A stretch of DNA of 64,000 nt from an uncultured Gammaproteobacteria bacterium (GCA_913058135.1 CAJXPR010000002.1:12119-76118); one strand, 5' to 3'. Positions 46,652 through 55,950 are shown, counted from the stretch's first letter. Notes: generated from the letters alone by a model not told the origin. A program made the numbers and translations.

Positions 46652-49570
46652 TCAGCTCCTGTTTGAGGTATGTTGTCCGCTGGCGGAGCGCTCGCGCCGT
46701 GCCTGTTGCGAAAGCGCCCGGTCCAGTACTTCGGCAAGGTTCAGGGTGCCGCGCCCCGTGGCTTGAAGAATCTGTTCCCGGCAGCTGAAGCCGTTGGTGA
46801 CCAGTAGCGTATCGTCTGCCGCCTCACGCATGGCGGGCAGTAACTCGCGCTCTCCTATGCGCTGCGCAATCTCATAGTGTGCCGAGGAAAAACCAAAGGG
46901 ACCCGCCATGCCGCAACAGCCGGCATCAAGCACGCGGGATTTAAGACCCATGCCCTCCAGCAGTGCTGACTCACTGTCGGTCTCCAGCGATGCGTGTTGA
47001 TGGCAGTGCAGGTGCACCAGCACCTCACCCTCCATCTTCGGCGGCTGCCAGCCGCGGGCATGCAGAAACTCACCCAACATGAAGGTATTTTCTGCCAGGT
47101 ATTGGGCACGCGGGTCGCCGCTGAAAAGCTGCGGCAGTTCGTCACGAAAACTGGCGACACAGGACGGCTCCAGGCCCACGACAGGGATTCCCTGGGCCAT
47201 TTCATCGGCCAATCCGTCCAGAATGGCGCGCAACTGCCGCCGGGCCTGACCCAGCATACCCTCTGCATAGAGCGGCCGACCGCAGCACATAGGGGTGGCG
47301 GGCACCAGAACCTCAGTGCCGGCGTCCTCCAGCACCCTGACCGCGGCCTGCAGAATCTCCGGATGGAAGAAATTATTAAAAGTATCCGGCCACAGGGTCA
47401 CTTGTGGCAATCCTGCATTGTGTCGTTCACGGCGGCTGAACCAGTCGCGAAATGTTTCGCTGGCAAAGCGTGGAATGTCTCTTTCCTGGGCAATACCACC
47501 GGCAAGCTTGATCAGCGCGGAGAGCCCGGGAGCATGGGTCAGCGCATTGGTCACCCGGGGAAGTCTCGACGCAGCGCGACTCCACCACCAGATCAGGCCC
47601 ATACTGTAGGCAAGGCGGGGTCTGAGACGCTTTCTGTAGTGATGGAACATAAATTCGGACTTGTAGGTGGCCATGTCGACACCCACCGGGCAGTCCTGTT
47701 TACAGCCCTTGCAGGACAGACAGAGGTCCAGCGCGTCGTGCACGGCACTGCTGCGCCAGCCGTCGCTGATCTCGCCACCCACGGCCATCTCGAAGAGCAG
47801 ACGGGCTCGCCCCCGGGTCGAGTGTTGCTCGTCGCCGGTAACCCGGTAGCTTGGGCACATCACCCCGCCGCGGTGATTGCGACAGCTGCCGACGCCTACG
47901 CAACGGTTGGTGGCGCTGAAAAAACTGTGCTTATCATCGGCATAATCATAAACGGTGGGAATCAGCGGCGGCTGTGTTTCCGGGCCAACCCGCAGATTTT
48001 CGGTCATCGGATAAGGATCTACTACTTTGCCGGGATTCATCCGTCCCCGGGGGTCCCAGATGGATTTAAAGTCACGAAATGCCTGCATCAGCTCTTCGCC
48101 ATACATTCGCGGCAGCAGTTCCGCGCGCACCTGGCCATCCCCGTGCTCACCGGAGAGCGAGCCCTTGTGTCTTAACACCAGCTCCGTCGCCTCCTCCATG
48201 AACGCGCGCCAGTTGCTCACCCCGGCCTTGCTGCCAAAATCAAAATTGATACGGCAATGTACGCAGCCATCGCCAAAATGGCCGTAGAGTGCTGCCTCGT
48301 AGTCATACTTGTGCATCAGCTCGCGGAACGCAGGCAGGTAGGCACTCAGGTTTTCAGGAGGCACCGCCGCATCTTCCCATCCCGGATGCGTATCCCCCAG
48401 AGCCGGAGAGCGTGAGGTGGCGGCCAGCCCCGACTCGCGCACGGCCCAGAAGCGTTTCTGCGCTTCGGGATCAACCACCACAAGCGAGCCTGGCGCATCG
48501 GCGCCGCTTTTCAGCCTGGCGACCAGGCCCTCCGCCTTGTGGCGCGCCTCCTCTTCACTGTTGCCGCCAAACTCTACCAAAAGCCAGCCCTCGCCCGGGG
48601 GCAGTTCGTTGCGGGCCTGGGGATGCACGCGCTTCAGGTGCATTTCCCGGATAAGCACATTATCCAGCCCCTCCAGTCCGGTGGGTCGGTGAGTCATTAT
48701 TTCCATAACGTGATCAGCACAGGCGTACACATTTTTGTAGCCGAGAATGACAAGACTGCGATGCGGCGGACTGTCGATAAGATTGACCTCGGCCTCCAGA
48801 AACGTCGCGCAGGTGCCTTCGGTGCCCACCAGTGCCCGCGCCACCTGGAAACCATTCTCCGGCAGCAGCTCGTCCAGGTTGTATCCGGACACTCGCCGGG
48901 GCATATCGGGGTAGCGCTGGCGGATAAGCTCGCTGTAACGGTCACGTACAGTTTTCAGAGCGCCATAGATTTCACCGCGCCGTCCGCCGCCGGCCATGAT
49001 GGCTGTCAGCTCGCGCTCGTCAGTGGCGCCCACCCGGAATTGCTCACCATCATATGTCGCTACCTCCAATGCATGTATGTTGTCGGCCGTGCGCCCCGAC
49101 ATGACTGAATGTACACCACAGGAATTATTGCCGATCATGCCGCCCAGCGTATTGTGGGCATGGGTCGAAGGGTCCGGGCCGAATGTGAGGTGATGCGCTT
49201 CTGCGGCATTGCGCAGGTCATCAAGAACGCATCCCGGCTCCACGCGTGCGCGGCGACGTTCGGTATCCAGTTCCAGAATGCGATTGAGGTATTTGGAAAA
49301 ATCAATGACAACCGCCACGTTGCAGCATTGACCGGCGAGGCTTGTGCCTGCGCCGCGTGGCAGTACCGGCGCGTCGGCCTGGCGGCACAGAGCAATGGTC
49401 TTGATCACATCGTCGCGGCTGCGGGGCAGTACCACACCGACAGGCACCTGGCGGTAGAGGGAGCCATCAGTGGCGTACAGGGCGCGACTACCCGTGTCAA
49501 AGCGTACTTCGCCGTCTATGCTCTCCCTGAGCGCCACTGCAAGTTCGTTGGCTGTCTGATTCCGAAGCAT
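46652..49570 (-). CDS. FAD-linked oxidase fused to an Fe-S/CCG domain (GlcD-GlcF fusion, YdiJ-like)
   Basis: N-terminal FAD_binding_4 (PRGAGTSLAGQ), central CxxCxxCxxxC (CLSCKGCKQDCP), C-terminal CCG-type Cys motifs. The ATG shares its A with the upstream TGA (TGATG). Confidence 0.9.
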   Translation of the reverse strand: MLRNQTANELAVALRESIDGEVRFDTGSRALYATDGSLYRQVPVGVVLPRSRDDVIKTIALCRQADAPVLPRGAGTSLAGQCCNVAVVIDFSKYLNRILELDTERRRARVEPGCVLDDLRNAAEAHHLTFGPDPSTHAHNTLGGMIGNNSCGVHSVMSGRTADNIHALEVATYDGEQFRVGATDERELTAIMAGGGRRGEIYGALKTVRDRYSELIRQRYPDMPRRVSGYNLDELLPENGFQVARALVGTEGTCATFLEAEVNLIDSPPHRSLVILGYKNVYACADHVMEIMTHRPTGLEGLDNVLIREMHLKRVHPQARNELPPGEGWLLVEFGGNSEEEARHKAEGLVARLKSGADAPGSLVVVDPEAQKRFWAVRESGLAATSRSPALGDTHPGWEDAAVPPENLSAYLPAFRELMHKYDYEAALYGHFGDGCVHCRINFDFGSKAGVSNWRAFMEEATELVLRHKGSLSGEHGDGQVRAELLPRMYGEELMQAFRDFKSIWDPRGRMNPGKVVDPYPMTENLRVGPETQPPLIPTVYDYADDKHSFFSATNRCVGVGSCRNHRGGVMCPSYRVTGDEQHSTRGRARLLFEMAVGGEISDGWRSSAVHDALDLCLSCKGCKQDCPVGVDMATYKSEFMFHHYRKRLRPRLAYSMGLIWWWSRAASRLPRVTNALTHAPGLSALIKLAGGIAQERDIPRFASETFRDWFSRRERHNAGLPQVTLWPDTFNNFFHPEILQAAVRVLEDAGTEVLVPATPMCCGRPLYAEGMLGQARRQLRAILDGLADEMAQGIPVVGLEPSCVASFRDELPQLFSGDPRAQYLAENTFMLGEFLHARGWQPPKMEGEVLVHLHCHQHASLETDSESALLEGMGLKSRVLDAGCCGMAGPFGFSSAHYEIAQRIGERELLPAMREAADDTLLVTNGFSCREQILQATGRGTLNLAEVLDRALSQQARRERSASGQHTSNRS

Positions 49571-51366
49571 CACTTGTCAGTCTGATCGTCGGAGCCCGGC
49601 TTGGCGAAAAACTGTTTTGCTGTCTGCTTGATGATGCCTCCCTGGTCAGGATCCATGTGCACCAGCGCCTCCATATACGTGAGAGCCTGCTTGAGTGTTA
49701 TGTGAGGAGGCAGGGGCGGCACATCGGGATCGGTAATGAACTCCAGAACCACCGGACGCTCTGCGGCAAAGGCGGCATCCCATGCGCCGGCTATATCATC
49801 GGGATGATCAACACGAATACCTGTAAATCCGAGCAATTCGGCGTACCGCGCATAAGGAAATTCGGTGACGTTCTGGGCGGCCGGAAACTTGGGGTCCCCG
49901 ACCAGCACTCTCTGCTCCCAGGTCACCTGATTAAGATCATGGTTATTGAGCACCACCACGATAAACGTGGGATTTTCCCAGCGCTGCCAGTATTGCTTGA
50001 CGGTCACCAGCTCGCTGTTGCCGTTCATCTGCATGGCCCCGTCGCCCACCATGGCGATGACCGGGCGGTCGGGATACGCCATTTTCGCCGCGATGGCATA
50101 AGGCACCCCGCTGCCCATGCTGGCGAGTTTGCCCGACAGCGAGGCCATCATGCCCCGCTGCATTTTGATGTTTCGCGCATACCAGTTGGTGTGTGAACCG
50201 CTATCACCACACAGGATGGAATTCGCCGGCAGCTTTGGCGACAGTTCCGAGTAGACCCGTTGCGGATTGATGGGATCTGCGTCCTTCATTGCCTTTGTTT
50301 CAACATCTTCCCACCAGTCCGCGACCGCCTGTTCGATTTTTTCGCGCCAGGACCGGTCCTCTTTCCGTTTAAGCAAGGGTAGCAGTCTAGAAAGGGTCTC
50401 GGCGCTGTCGCCGATCAGATTGATCTCGGTAGGGTACCGGATGCCCACGTTTCGGGGATCGAGATCGATCTGCACGGCCCGGGCCTGGCCGTCCTTGGGG
50501 AGAAACTCTGAATAGGGGAAGGTTGTCCCGATCATCAGCAGCGTGTCGCACTCGTTCATCATCTCCCAGCTTGCCCGGGTGCCGAGCAGCCCGATACAGC
50601 CGGTGACAAACGGCAGGTCATCGGGCAACGCAGCTTTGCCCAGCAGCGCCTTGGCAACGCCGCATCCCAGTCGATCGCACAATTCGATGATTTCGTCGGT
50701 AGCGTGCAGAGCGCCCGCCCCGGCCAGTACAGCGACACGCTCGCCCTCATTGAGCAGCTGGGCGGCGGCCTCTATGTCCTGATCCCGCGGCAACGGGTGC
50801 GCGTTGGTCTGTGCCGCACTGGAGTAGTTGTTGCCGTGTTTGCGTGGGGGGCTCTCTACTGCCTCTTTCAGCTGGATATCGCTGGGTACAATAATGGTAC
50901 AGACGGCCCTTTCTGCCTTGGCTATCCTGAACGCACGATCCACTACATGACGGACCTGCGCCGGGTTGGTAATCGCCTGTACATAGTTGCTCACATCGTG
51001 GAAGACGGTTGTCAGATCGACTTCCTGCTGGTAGGCGCTGCCCAGGGCGGACGAGCTCTGCTGGCCGACCAGGGCCACCACCGGCATGTGGTCCATTCTG
51101 GCGTCGTAGAGACCGGCAAGAAGATGCAGCGCGCCGGGGCCCGAGGTCGCGATGCAGACACCCACTTCGCCGGTAAATTTAGCATGGCCGCTGGCCATGA
51201 AAGCGGACATCTCTTCGTGACGTACGCGAATGTAGTCAAACTGATCTCCGGCCCGGTCAAGAGACCCCATCAATCCATTGATGCCGTCGCCGGGAAAGCC
51301 AAAAATGCGTTTTATACCCCACGCCGATATGCGTTCCCAAATAAAATCCGCAACGGTTTTTGACAT
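49570..51366 (-). CDS. Thiamine-diphosphate enzyme, pyruvate oxidase/dehydrogenase (PoxB)-like
   Basis: FGFPGDGINGLM, HEEMSAFMASGHAKFTG, and ThDP motif GDGAMQMNG...NN. ATG at 51366 with GGAGG 7 nt upstream. Confidence 0.9.
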   Translation of the reverse strand: MSKTVADFIWERISAWGIKRIFGFPGDGINGLMGSLDRAGDQFDYIRVRHEEMSAFMASGHAKFTGEVGVCIATSGPGALHLLAGLYDARMDHMPVVALVGQQSSSALGSAYQQEVDLTTVFHDVSNYVQAITNPAQVRHVVDRAFRIAKAERAVCTIIVPSDIQLKEAVESPPRKHGNNYSSAAQTNAHPLPRDQDIEAAAQLLNEGERVAVLAGAGALHATDEIIELCDRLGCGVAKALLGKAALPDDLPFVTGCIGLLGTRASWEMMNECDTLLMIGTTFPYSEFLPKDGQARAVQIDLDPRNVGIRYPTEINLIGDSAETLSRLLPLLKRKEDRSWREKIEQAVADWWEDVETKAMKDADPINPQRVYSELSPKLPANSILCGDSGSHTNWYARNIKMQRGMMASLSGKLASMGSGVPYAIAAKMAYPDRPVIAMVGDGAMQMNGNSELVTVKQYWQRWENPTFIVVVLNNHDLNQVTWEQRVLVGDPKFPAAQNVTEFPYARYAELLGFTGIRVDHPDDIAGAWDAAFAAERPVVLEFITDPDVPPLPPHITLKQALTYMEALVHMDPDQGGIIKQTAKQFFAKPGSDDQTDK

Positions 51367-51601
51367 GTTGGAACCTCCATTTTCCAAGCCGCAAAAAGGT
51401 CTGACATTGAATTTGATTGCTTTCCGGTACGATAAGTTCCTTGATAAACCAATGGAAAATGTTTGTGGCGTCAAAACGGCTTTCTGCCCCACAGATAAAC
51501 CCGGCTATGAAGTCGGTTACACATGCTATGATCCAGCTGCGGCGGACACATAGCCTGGCAATACCCATTCGTTGATGGAACATAACCCCAAGGAGTCTTT
51601 T

Positions 51602-51810
51602 ATGACGAATTCTCATCATATTGCCCTTTCGTTACTCGTTTGGGGCTAGAGTACATGGCACGCGCTGGATTTGACCCTCGGGAGAGTGTCGCCCTTTGGC
51701 TCAATATGGCTCAGGCATCCGGCAACGGACCACCAGAGCTTCTCTCCTCGCATCCGGCACCCGAATCCCGTATTCGTGACCTGGAACGACGTATGCCTGC
51801 CGGCTGCTAG
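51602..51810 (+). pseudogene. M48-family (LoiP/YcaL-like) metallopeptidase remnant
   Basis: Frame ending at 51810 encodes ...RLGLEYMARAGFDPRESVALWLNMAQASGNGPPELLSSHPAPESRIRDLERRM, the C-terminal block of M48 peptidases, with no HExxH region. An RBS-preceded ATG at 51602 encodes only MTNSHHIALSLLVWG-stop, in another frame. Confidence 0.45.
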
Positions 51811-52484
51811 AAGCGATAGTGCAAACCCAAGTTTACGACTGGCCAAAAATCGTAATCCTCAATATCCTTTTCAAGCTGGACAACCTCGGCCTGGATATCA
51901 CTGTTGAGTTGCGCACATACGGCAACTGGTAAACTACAGGTGTCGACCGACAACTTCACACCAGGTGAATCCTGAAACTGCAAACCGACATCCAGCAGGA
52001 AGGTGAACCCTGTGGCCTTCGCCGCATGACCCCAGCCGATGCCCACATAAGGCGTTGTCTTTTCCAGACCGATGACGCCGTCCAACACGCCAATGTTATT
52101 GGCGGCGTAGGTTCTGCCATTGATGGTATAGGTCCCACCGGTATCTGGCTGCGCGATGATTTCCAGGCTGTTGTCGCTGTGCGAGTGCACCCCGCCCGTC
52201 AATCTGTAAGCACCTGCCCATGGGTGCCAGTCCAGCAACAACGAGAGGCTATCTTTCTTGAGCTCTGCATCGTAAGTCATATCGGTGTCTTCGATGGATT
52301 CATCGAGGGTCAGCACATTATAGCCACCACGAAGAACCACTCTTTCTCCTAAACCGCGTGATAGCTCCAATCCCACGCCTGTAGTACCCAGTTTCAACCC
52401 TAAACCAATTTGGGGTGCATCCTGAGCAGCCACCGAAAACGATCCAAACACTAACAATGCCACTAATCCTGACCTGAGCAACAT
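51807..52484 (-). CDS. Outer-membrane beta-barrel protein (small, OmpW/OmpA-like barrel)
   Basis: Signal peptide MLLRSGLVALLVFGSFSVAA|QD, alternating amphipathic strands, terminal ...NLGLHYRF. Confidence 0.7.
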   Translation of the reverse strand: MLLRSGLVALLVFGSFSVAAQDAPQIGLGLKLGTTGVGLELSRGLGERVVLRGGYNVLTLDESIEDTDMTYDAELKKDSLSLLLDWHPWAGAYRLTGGVHSHSDNSLEIIAQPDTGGTYTINGRTYAANNIGVLDGVIGLEKTTPYVGIGWGHAAKATGFTFLLDVGLQFQDSPGVKLSVDTCSLPVAVCAQLNSDIQAEVVQLEKDIEDYDFWPVVNLGLHYRF

Positions 52485-52887
52485 GACTATTTTCCTTTCG
52501 TTTTTTATGTATACACGCGTGAAATCAACAATTCCACGTTAGTCGAATTTTGCCATGTTCTCTGTATAAACTCATTAACGTCGATTCAATCTGAAAACGC
52601 AAAACCAACCTGGCCGTTCGGCTAGTTCACTGCGCCCTGGCGGGGGTCAGAGATGGACATGGATACGCAATTTTATGGTTCAACCCTCTATCAAGGATAG
52701 CACTCACTAGTTTCACGTATGTCGAGGTGTTATCATCCAGACAGGTGGCCGTTCCTGCATTCGATCAGAATCTGGACGTATGACCGCACCGACTCGGCAA
52801 TTTCTAGGATGGAAGCGGCCATCATGGAACGATAATTCCCTATCGTGCGGCGCGTGCGTCTCTAACTGACTTTTCAGGAGACTCGTC

Positions 52888-53853
52888 ATGACAGACACTA
52901 CCCTTCTCGCCAAAACACCCTATACGGACCGCTCTACACTGAGCGCCGTCATTGTTGGTACCGTCGTAGCTTTGGGACTGATGGTATTGTTCACTCTTCT
53001 CGGTCTTGCAATTGGCGTTGCAAGTCTGGAAGCAATCGGAAGCGGTTTCGGTTTTGGCACCGCGCTCTACATTATTGTAACGCAGATCATTTCGCTTGCC
53101 GCAGGCGGGTTCGCTGCCGCACGATTTATGTCTCCGGCCGACTCCAGCATCGCAGGTCTGGCTGGCGCATCCGTCTGGGCATTGGCTACGCTTGTCGTGG
53201 CGTTCAGCGGCATAAGCGCGGGCACCTCGCTAATAACGCTTGTCGCGCGCACGGCGGACACCACAGCCAGCGCCGTCGGGGCCATTGTGCCTGATGACAT
53301 CTCACTTCCGGACATGTCGGAAATCGCCGGATCTATCTCGACGGCCGATTTGCCACCACAGCTCCAGCAAACGCTTCAGGATGCTGGCGTGACTCCAGCA
53401 CAGTTGCGCACCGAGGCACGCGAAGCGTTTCGTAATGTCATCAGCGAGCAGGAGATGAACCGCGCACGCTCCCTGGTTACCGCCACGCTGTCAGACGTCG
53501 TGGCGGAGCCGGCTTCTTTTTCCGAGGAGATGAATGCTCTGCTGGACCAACTGCTCGGGGGAGAGAACGCTGTTTTTAATGAGGAAGACCTCACCGAGGC
53601 GGAAAATTCATTGCAGTCACGTCTTGGTCTGAGTGACAACGAGGTGGAGCAGCTGTCCGATTCGGTGGAGGCGTCATACGACTCAGCCGTCGCCACGTTG
53701 CGCCAGACCATTGATGAAATGCAGGAGCGTCTGGTCACCACAGTCGAGAATGTGCAGAGCACGGTGGCTTCGGCCGCCCTCTGGTTATTTATTGCTTCTC
53801 TTCTGAGCCTTGGCGCCGCCGCTGGTGCAGGGGTTGCCGGCCGTCGCACTTGA
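52888..53853 (+). CDS. Hypothetical membrane protein (3 N-terminal TM, acidic helical central region, C-terminal TM)
   Basis: RBS AGGAG 7 nt upstream. The hydrophobic segment pattern supports membrane insertion. No family recognised. Confidence 0.6.
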   Translation: MTDTTLLAKTPYTDRSTLSAVIVGTVVALGLMVLFTLLGLAIGVASLEAIGSGFGFGTALYIIVTQIISLAAGGFAAARFMSPADSSIAGLAGASVWALATLVVAFSGISAGTSLITLVARTADTTASAVGAIVPDDISLPDMSEIAGSISTADLPPQLQQTLQDAGVTPAQLRTEAREAFRNVISEQEMNRARSLVTATLSDVVAEPASFSEEMNALLDQLLGGENAVFNEEDLTEAENSLQSRLGLSDNEVEQLSDSVEASYDSAVATLRQTIDEMQERLVTTVENVQSTVASAALWLFIASLLSLGAAAGAGVAGRRT

Positions 53854-53918
53854 ATGGTGCGGTAGTGAGCCATCTGCCCCTGGGCGGATTTCTCTCGCCT
53901 GCGGGGCGCACTGGCGGG

Positions 53919-53949
53919 CGTCCTGATTGCGATGCAATCAGTTGAACAT
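53919..53949 (+). repeat. Copy A of a repeat with palindromic core CTGATTGC-gat-GCAATCAG
   Basis: cgtcctgattgcgatgcaatcagttgaacat matches 56002..56032 at 30 of 31 positions. Weaker similarity (13 of 20) extends upstream. Confidence 0.9.
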
Positions 53950-53968
53950 CATCTAGTGGGATGTACCA

Positions 53969-54016
53969 TTGACATGCGGCAAGGCTGATTTTACGATGGT
54001 ATATCCCATCGGGATA
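53969..54016 (+). promoter_or_regulatory. vapBC promoter candidate with an overlapping palindromic operator
   Basis: TTGACA (53969-74), 17-nt spacer, TACGAT (53992-97), then TATCCC-atc-GGGATA (54002-16), 24 nt upstream of the vapB ATG. Confidence 0.45.
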
Positions 54017-54039
54017 CACCAAAAGAAGAAGTGTTGAAA

Positions 54040-54270
54040 ATGGAACGAGCCAATCTGTTCAAGAGCAACAAGAGTCAAGCGCTGCGCCTTCCCAAGCCAA
54101 TTGCCTATCCCGATAGCGTGAAACAGGTCGATATTGTCATGCAAGGCCGGGCGCGCATCATAACGCCAGCGGGCGAGTCATGGGATACCTGGTTCGACGG
54201 TGAAGGGGTGTCTGAGGATTTCATGACAGACCGCGAGCAGCCTGCCCATCAGGAGCGTGAGTCACTTTAA
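54040..54270 (+). CDS. vapB: Type II antitoxin VapB (AbrB/SpoVT-type, VagC-like)
   Basis: MERANLFKSNKSQALRLPKPIAYPDSVKQVDIVMQGRARIITP is the SpoVT/AbrB swapped-hairpin motif. Its stop overlaps the vapC start (TAATG). Confidence 0.85.
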   Translation: MERANLFKSNKSQALRLPKPIAYPDSVKQVDIVMQGRARIITPAGESWDTWFDGEGVSEDFMTDREQPAHQERESL

Positions 54271-54674
54271 TGCTGAAGTACATGCTCGACACCAATATCG
54301 TCATTTATACCATCAAGAACAAGCCTGGTGAGGTGCGTGAGGCATTCAAAGCCCATGACGGTCAGATGTGTATTTCGTCGGTAACGCTTATGGAGCTGAT
54401 TTACTGCGCAGAAGCCTCGGCAGCAGTGGAGCGAAATCTTCGTGAAATTGAGGGATTCGCGGCCCGCCTGGAGGTATTACCTTATGATACCGACGCGGCA
54501 ATCCATACCGGTCAGCTCAGGGCAGAATTAAAAAAGCTTGGACGCCCGATTGGCCCCTATGACGAAATGATTGCAGGTCATGCTCGATCACAAGGGCTGG
54601 TGATTGTCACCAACAACATCAGGCAGTTTAAACACACGGCAGGGGTTAGGCTGGTGAACTGGGTAACTAGGTAA
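54270..54674 (+). CDS. vapC: Type II toxin VapC (PIN-domain ribonuclease)
   Basis: MLDTNIVIY (first acidic residue), MELIYCAE, DEMIAGHA, VTNN: the PIN signature positions. Confidence 0.9.
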   Translation: MLKYMLDTNIVIYTIKNKPGEVREAFKAHDGQMCISSVTLMELIYCAEASAAVERNLREIEGFAARLEVLPYDTDAAIHTGQLRAELKKLGRPIGPYDEMIAGHARSQGLVIVTNNIRQFKHTAGVRLVNWVTR

Positions 54675-55040
54675 TCCAAAATGCATCATTGAACCAGAAT
54701 GCTTGCTCGAATAATGGCGTTTTCAGTCTTTTTGGCAATGTCCGTGGAAACGGGGTAGAACCCCCCGGTGAACTCTCAAATCACTTCCGCCCGATTGGCA
54801 GTTAACTCCAACGGTAAAAAAATCTCCGGGAAGTGGCCAGGTTGTCTGCGAATTCCGGGTAGAAACAAGTAAAGGTTTTGGCTCCTTCTTCCACCTGAGG
54901 CAGTGTAATCCTAGTTCAGAGTCAGGATGCAGCGGTAGTCGTATAACCGATGAATCAGCCATTTTAATAGTGGAAGTGAGACTTTGCAGCTGTTTCCTGT
55001 ACAGTGAACTAAGTCTCACTCGTCCCCACGGAAATCCCTT

Positions 55041-55646
55041 ATGAGCGACCGTATCCGCCATCTGGCAGAGCAGATCAAGCAACTCGAAGCCGAAATGGCA
55101 AAGGAAGTTCAACGTCTCCGAATTCCTCTGTACGAGATTCGAGATAATAGCATTCGGTTTCTTAACGAGGTGAGGCAACGCCATCTGCAGCAACGCCTCG
55201 GGCTATTCTCCTATCTTCGCCGCTCCAAACTCAAGCACCTGCTCACCGCTCCGGTAATTTGGCTATGTCTGCTGCCGATTATGTTGCTGGACTTCGTGGT
55301 TACTCTCTACCAATTGATCTGCTTTCCCGTTTATGGCATTCCCAAGGTACACCGCAGAGACCACGTCGTGATCGATCGTCACCATCTGGCCTACTTGAAT
55401 ATTATCGAAAAACTCAACTGTCTGTACTGCAGTTACTTCAATGGCGTCATCAGTTATGTGCGGGAGATTGCCGCATACTCTGAGCAGTACTGGTGTCCGA
55501 TAAAGCACGCTGGACATTTGAAAAGTAAGCACAGCCGTTATGCGAAGTTTGTCGAATACGGTGACAGTGAAGCGTTTCAGTCAAGACGCGAGGCTTTGAG
55601 GACGGAGTATGAAGATGCTTCAATAGACGATATTGGCAGAAGGTGA
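55041..55646 (+). CDS. Conserved-looking hypothetical membrane protein with a Cys/His cluster
   Basis: N-terminal coiled coil, two TM helices (LLTAPVIWLCLLPIMLLDFVVTLYQLICFPVY), then CLYCSYFNG...YWCPIKHAGH. No function known to me. Confidence 0.65.
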   Translation: MSDRIRHLAEQIKQLEAEMAKEVQRLRIPLYEIRDNSIRFLNEVRQRHLQQRLGLFSYLRRSKLKHLLTAPVIWLCLLPIMLLDFVVTLYQLICFPVYGIPKVHRRDHVVIDRHHLAYLNIIEKLNCLYCSYFNGVISYVREIAAYSEQYWCPIKHAGHLKSKHSRYAKFVEYGDSEAFQSRREALRTEYEDASIDDIGRR

Positions 55647-55892
55647 TCCCTCGAATTTTCCTGGATGGTCGAATTTGATCTGACCACACCCGTTGCCGAA
55701 GGGGATCCCGTTAGTCTGAGGCCATGACGTACCACCCACCCGGATTACATAGATTACCCGGATGTCCCGTGGTACGACAGCCTGGGTTACAGTGAGGCCT
55801 TTGCTGTCAATAATCTGGGACAGGTTGTGGGCCAATCGGATGCGACCGTCAGTGGCCCGGCCTGGCTTATCCATTCTGCATATGGCAGGACG

Positions 55893-55925
55893 GGGTGCAC
55901 CATACAGACACAAAAAAGCCTGCGC
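55893..55925 (+). repeat. 33-nt direct repeat, copy 1 (identical to 56053..56085)
   Basis: gggtgcaccatacagacacaaaaaagcctgcgc matches at 33 of 33 positions. It is followed by gtgcccggcatgatt (55931-45), which matches the tRNA-Arg 3' region with a 2-nt gap. Confidence 0.9.
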
Positions 55926-55950
55926 GAGCAGTGCCCGGCATGATTGATTC

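Noticed and set aside
51278-51553. 91-aa plus-strand ORF upstream of and overlapping the poxB-like start
   Set aside because: It overlaps the N-terminus of the ThDP enzyme on the opposite strand. It has no RBS and no recognisable domain.
54723-55193. 156-aa minus-strand ORF in the islet
   Set aside because: It overlaps the start of the better-supported 55041 gene and has no RBS and no recognisable motifs.
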